Source: Podospora anserina (lineage: Eukaryota). Taken from it: DNA of 64,000 nucleotides. Positions within the stretch are counted from its first letter, which is position 1. Each line of letters opens with the position of its first letter. This document shows, piece after piece, positions 61,627-64,000 of this stretch. The stretch lies in assembly GCA_017654855.1 (NCBI GenBank), contig CM030334.1, positions 2,294,001 through 2,358,000 on the forward strand, in the 5' to 3' direction. Under the pieces are notes generated by a model. That model saw nothing but the letters and a program-made list of their open reading frames with translations. It had not been told where the DNA came from and made no database searches. The position numbers and the translations under genes were made by a program.

Positions 61627-62946
61627 GGCGAAAGCTGAAGAAAATATATGATGTTGAACCAAACAAGACACCGAAACGGAGTCCGGGTCCGTTGGTTGGG
61701 TGATCTATCGCTCGCTAATGCGGTCCTCCCTCCGTCTTTGGGGGTACGTGTGTGTTTGGTGATTTTCTTTTTCAAGTGAAACGTTTGCTTGGTTTGTTCC
61801 CGTTGGCTGTTGGATGAGTGTTGGAGACCAGTCGCAACGATGACTCCGTTTCGGATGAACGGTGGTTTGCCTCTCGGGTTCGTATCATTGATCTCTTCCA
61901 GCTTTGTTGAGCACACTACGGAGGGGAACTCTCCAATAATGGTGCCATACTCAGCCTTGCTGGGTATATCTCGATGATTCATACCTGATGATTTGCTCTA
62001 GTTGTGGGCTATCTCCAGCTTTGTTGAGCATCAGATAGTCTTGCCGAGAGAATGGTGAGAAACGATCACCAGAGATCAGACACCCCTGGCAAGCTAGACC
62101 CCTTTGGATACCGCTGTTATGTGATGGATCGATCTATTATGTGTTGTTCGAGGCTTCTAGAAAGGTTGGTTCGCATCTTGCATAGTTGCTACATTTTGAT
62201 GGTTGGGGCGGGGGAGGGTAGGTAGGTCTGTCACACTGAAAAAAAAAAAAAAAGATCTCCAGCCTAAAGTCCGATATGTTGGGGTTGGCCGCCGTAACCG
62301 CCGCCCCTTTGTGATTCTGTGTGTGTGCTTTGTGGTTTGCCAATCCACCCCCTTTTTGTCATACCTGAATAACATACATACACTCCAAAACTTTTGGTCC
62401 AAGAATTAATTATCCACAACCAACAAAAAGCTCAAAATTCTAACCCAATGATATCTCGTGGTGTGGAGAGAGGAAACATCTCTTCTCCGGAGAAGTTTTC
62501 TCTGTACCAAGCAGCAGCAGCAAGCAGTAATGATATGTCCCACCACCCATCTCTCTTTCAACGCCTTGTTTTGTTTTTGTAGAACAATTAGATCCCGGCC
62601 CCATGTGGCAAAATGAAAAGGCTGTCTCGAGATGCAGAAAAACAAATTGTTCAAAATAGAAGAGTGTAAAACATGAATCGAAAAAAAAACCCCCAAAAAA
62701 ACTATAATTACAAAATGCCGTGCCCTTTGAACAAAACAAGAATAAAAATAAAGGGTCGTTACTTGTCAATCAAGAAGTATGTAGTGGGTAGGTGCTTAAA
62801 ATGAAGAAAGAAAGAAAAGAGAAATATGTGTCCAACGAATGTGCGTGTGTCATCCCATCGCTTCCTCTCTCTCTGCCTTGATGCAAAATATTCCCCCCAC
62901 CCCGTTTCCGTGCCATGTCCCTTTTCATCCATTTCTTCGTGGTAGG

Positions 62947-62977
62947 CCATCCATCCATCCATCCATCCATCCATCCA
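62947..62977. repeat. (CCAT)n microsatellite
   Basis: About 7 units visible directly. Confidence 0.9.
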
Positions 62978-63381
62978 GCCACCCGCCCGTCCCTTCGTTC
63001 TGAAAAGTTGTAAAAGAAATTTCGAAATTACAGATTGCCTCCCAGGTCGTTACTGTTTGTTCCGCCGGGTTTTCTTTTTTTCCCCTCTCCCATGTGTGTT
63101 TGTGTTGCTAATATTGTGGTGTATGTCATTGTAAGTGTGCTATGCCGGGAATGTTTGTTGGCATGAGTGGTGAAGTGTTGTGAGTGTATGTAATGCTCGA
63201 GTAAAGTTAGGAAAAGGAATAATTGTAGTCGTAACAAGCTGTGGTGTGTTTGTTTGGTGATTGATTTGCCGTAGCAAGTGGTTATTCGAAAATCCCCTGC
63301 GGTGTGTGGTGGTGTTTATCTGGAGAAAGGGAGCACAACAACAGGGAAACCTCTCACCAGTCCAGTCCCCACCCCCCCATG

Positions 63382-64000
63382 TTATGGCTCATACCTCGGC
63401 CGTCTAGCCGCCACCTGCCCGAGTCCCATCGGTGGCGGAGGCGGAGGCGGAAGAAGCGGGTAATCCCCATCCTCAGACCGCGGGTACATGTGTCGTCGCC
63501 TGCTAGTCTCCCTGCTTACATCAGGACTAGCCCTCCGCTTCGACCCAGACGACGATTCCAAATGCGTATACCCATACGACGACGACGAGCTGTACCCCAA
63601 AGGCGGGAGCAAAGGAACCGGACTAGCAGTGGCGCTGTGGATAGGACTCGCACTAGGAGCTCCCACCGAGTACGCCGGAGTGCTGTACGGGCTAACTCCC
63701 GTCGTCAGTTCCGCCACACTGGGCAGCACGCCTCCGCGTCCTTGACCTGGGCCAAGACTCGTCGTCTGAATCGGCGCGAGCCCCCCAAACGGAGGACCCG
63801 GTGGTGGAGGCGGTTGTCCGTAGCCGTAGTCAAGGGGCTCAGGGGCGATGCCGGAAGAGGATCTCGGCGGGAGGCTCTCGCGTCGTACGGCTAGGGGCCG
63901 GCCGGTCGCCATCGGGGGTGGGATCAAGGGTGGTGGGACGGGCCCGGGGCCCCGTTGGTGTTGGTGGTGGTATCGTGGAGACGGAATGGTGGGGAGGCTT
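63382..64000 (-). CDS. 3' part of a Pro/Ser-rich protein running off the window, plausibly a transcription factor tail
   Basis: Frame is open to the window edge (SLPTIPSPRYHHQ...). Contains LAPIQ and LPSVAELT short motifs and a KRRASP basic patch; no domain visible. Confidence 0.7.
   Translation of the reverse strand, partial: SLPTIPSPRYHHQHQRGPGPVPPPLIPPPMATGRPLAVRRESLPPRSSSGIAPEPLDYGYGQPPPPPGPPFGGLAPIQTTSLGPGQGRGGVLPSVAELTTGVSPYSTPAYSVGAPSASPIHSATASPVPLLPPLGYSSSSSYGYTHLESSSGSKRRASPDVSRETSRRRHMYPRSEDGDYPLLPPPPPPPMGLGQVAARRPRYEP

Overview
A 64 kb, intron-containing segment of a filamentous ascomycete chromosome. It is most likely Sordariales and Podospora-like, an inference from gene content, short GT-AG introns with CTRAC branch sites, and composition. 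Most of it is conserved housekeeping and regulatory genes: a mitochondrial GatC/GatF-like subunit, SEC17 (alpha-SNAP), RRP12, a low-complexity hypothetical protein, velvet veA, PCF11, an SPT23/MGA2-like factor, an NHA1-like Na+/H+ antiporter, tRNA-Gly(TCC), TAD3, PFK-2/FBPase-2, a Zn2Cys6 factor, a GH128 glucanase, a divergent aldo-keto reductase and Gfo/Idh/MocA pair, TRM9, and partial genes at both edges. One accessory-looking patch (17.9-22.8 kb) holds a HET-domain gene with C-terminal helical repeats, a ~310 bp TIR element with an internal 21-bp tandem array, and a structured ORF-less stretch. No clearly new multi-gene system can be proven from sequence alone. The best leads are that patch, possible recoding at the veA and TAD3 stop codons, an intron controlling the MGA2 membrane anchor, and a recurring C-rich to G-rich polarity within genes. 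Exon coordinates were read by eye and may be off by a few bases.
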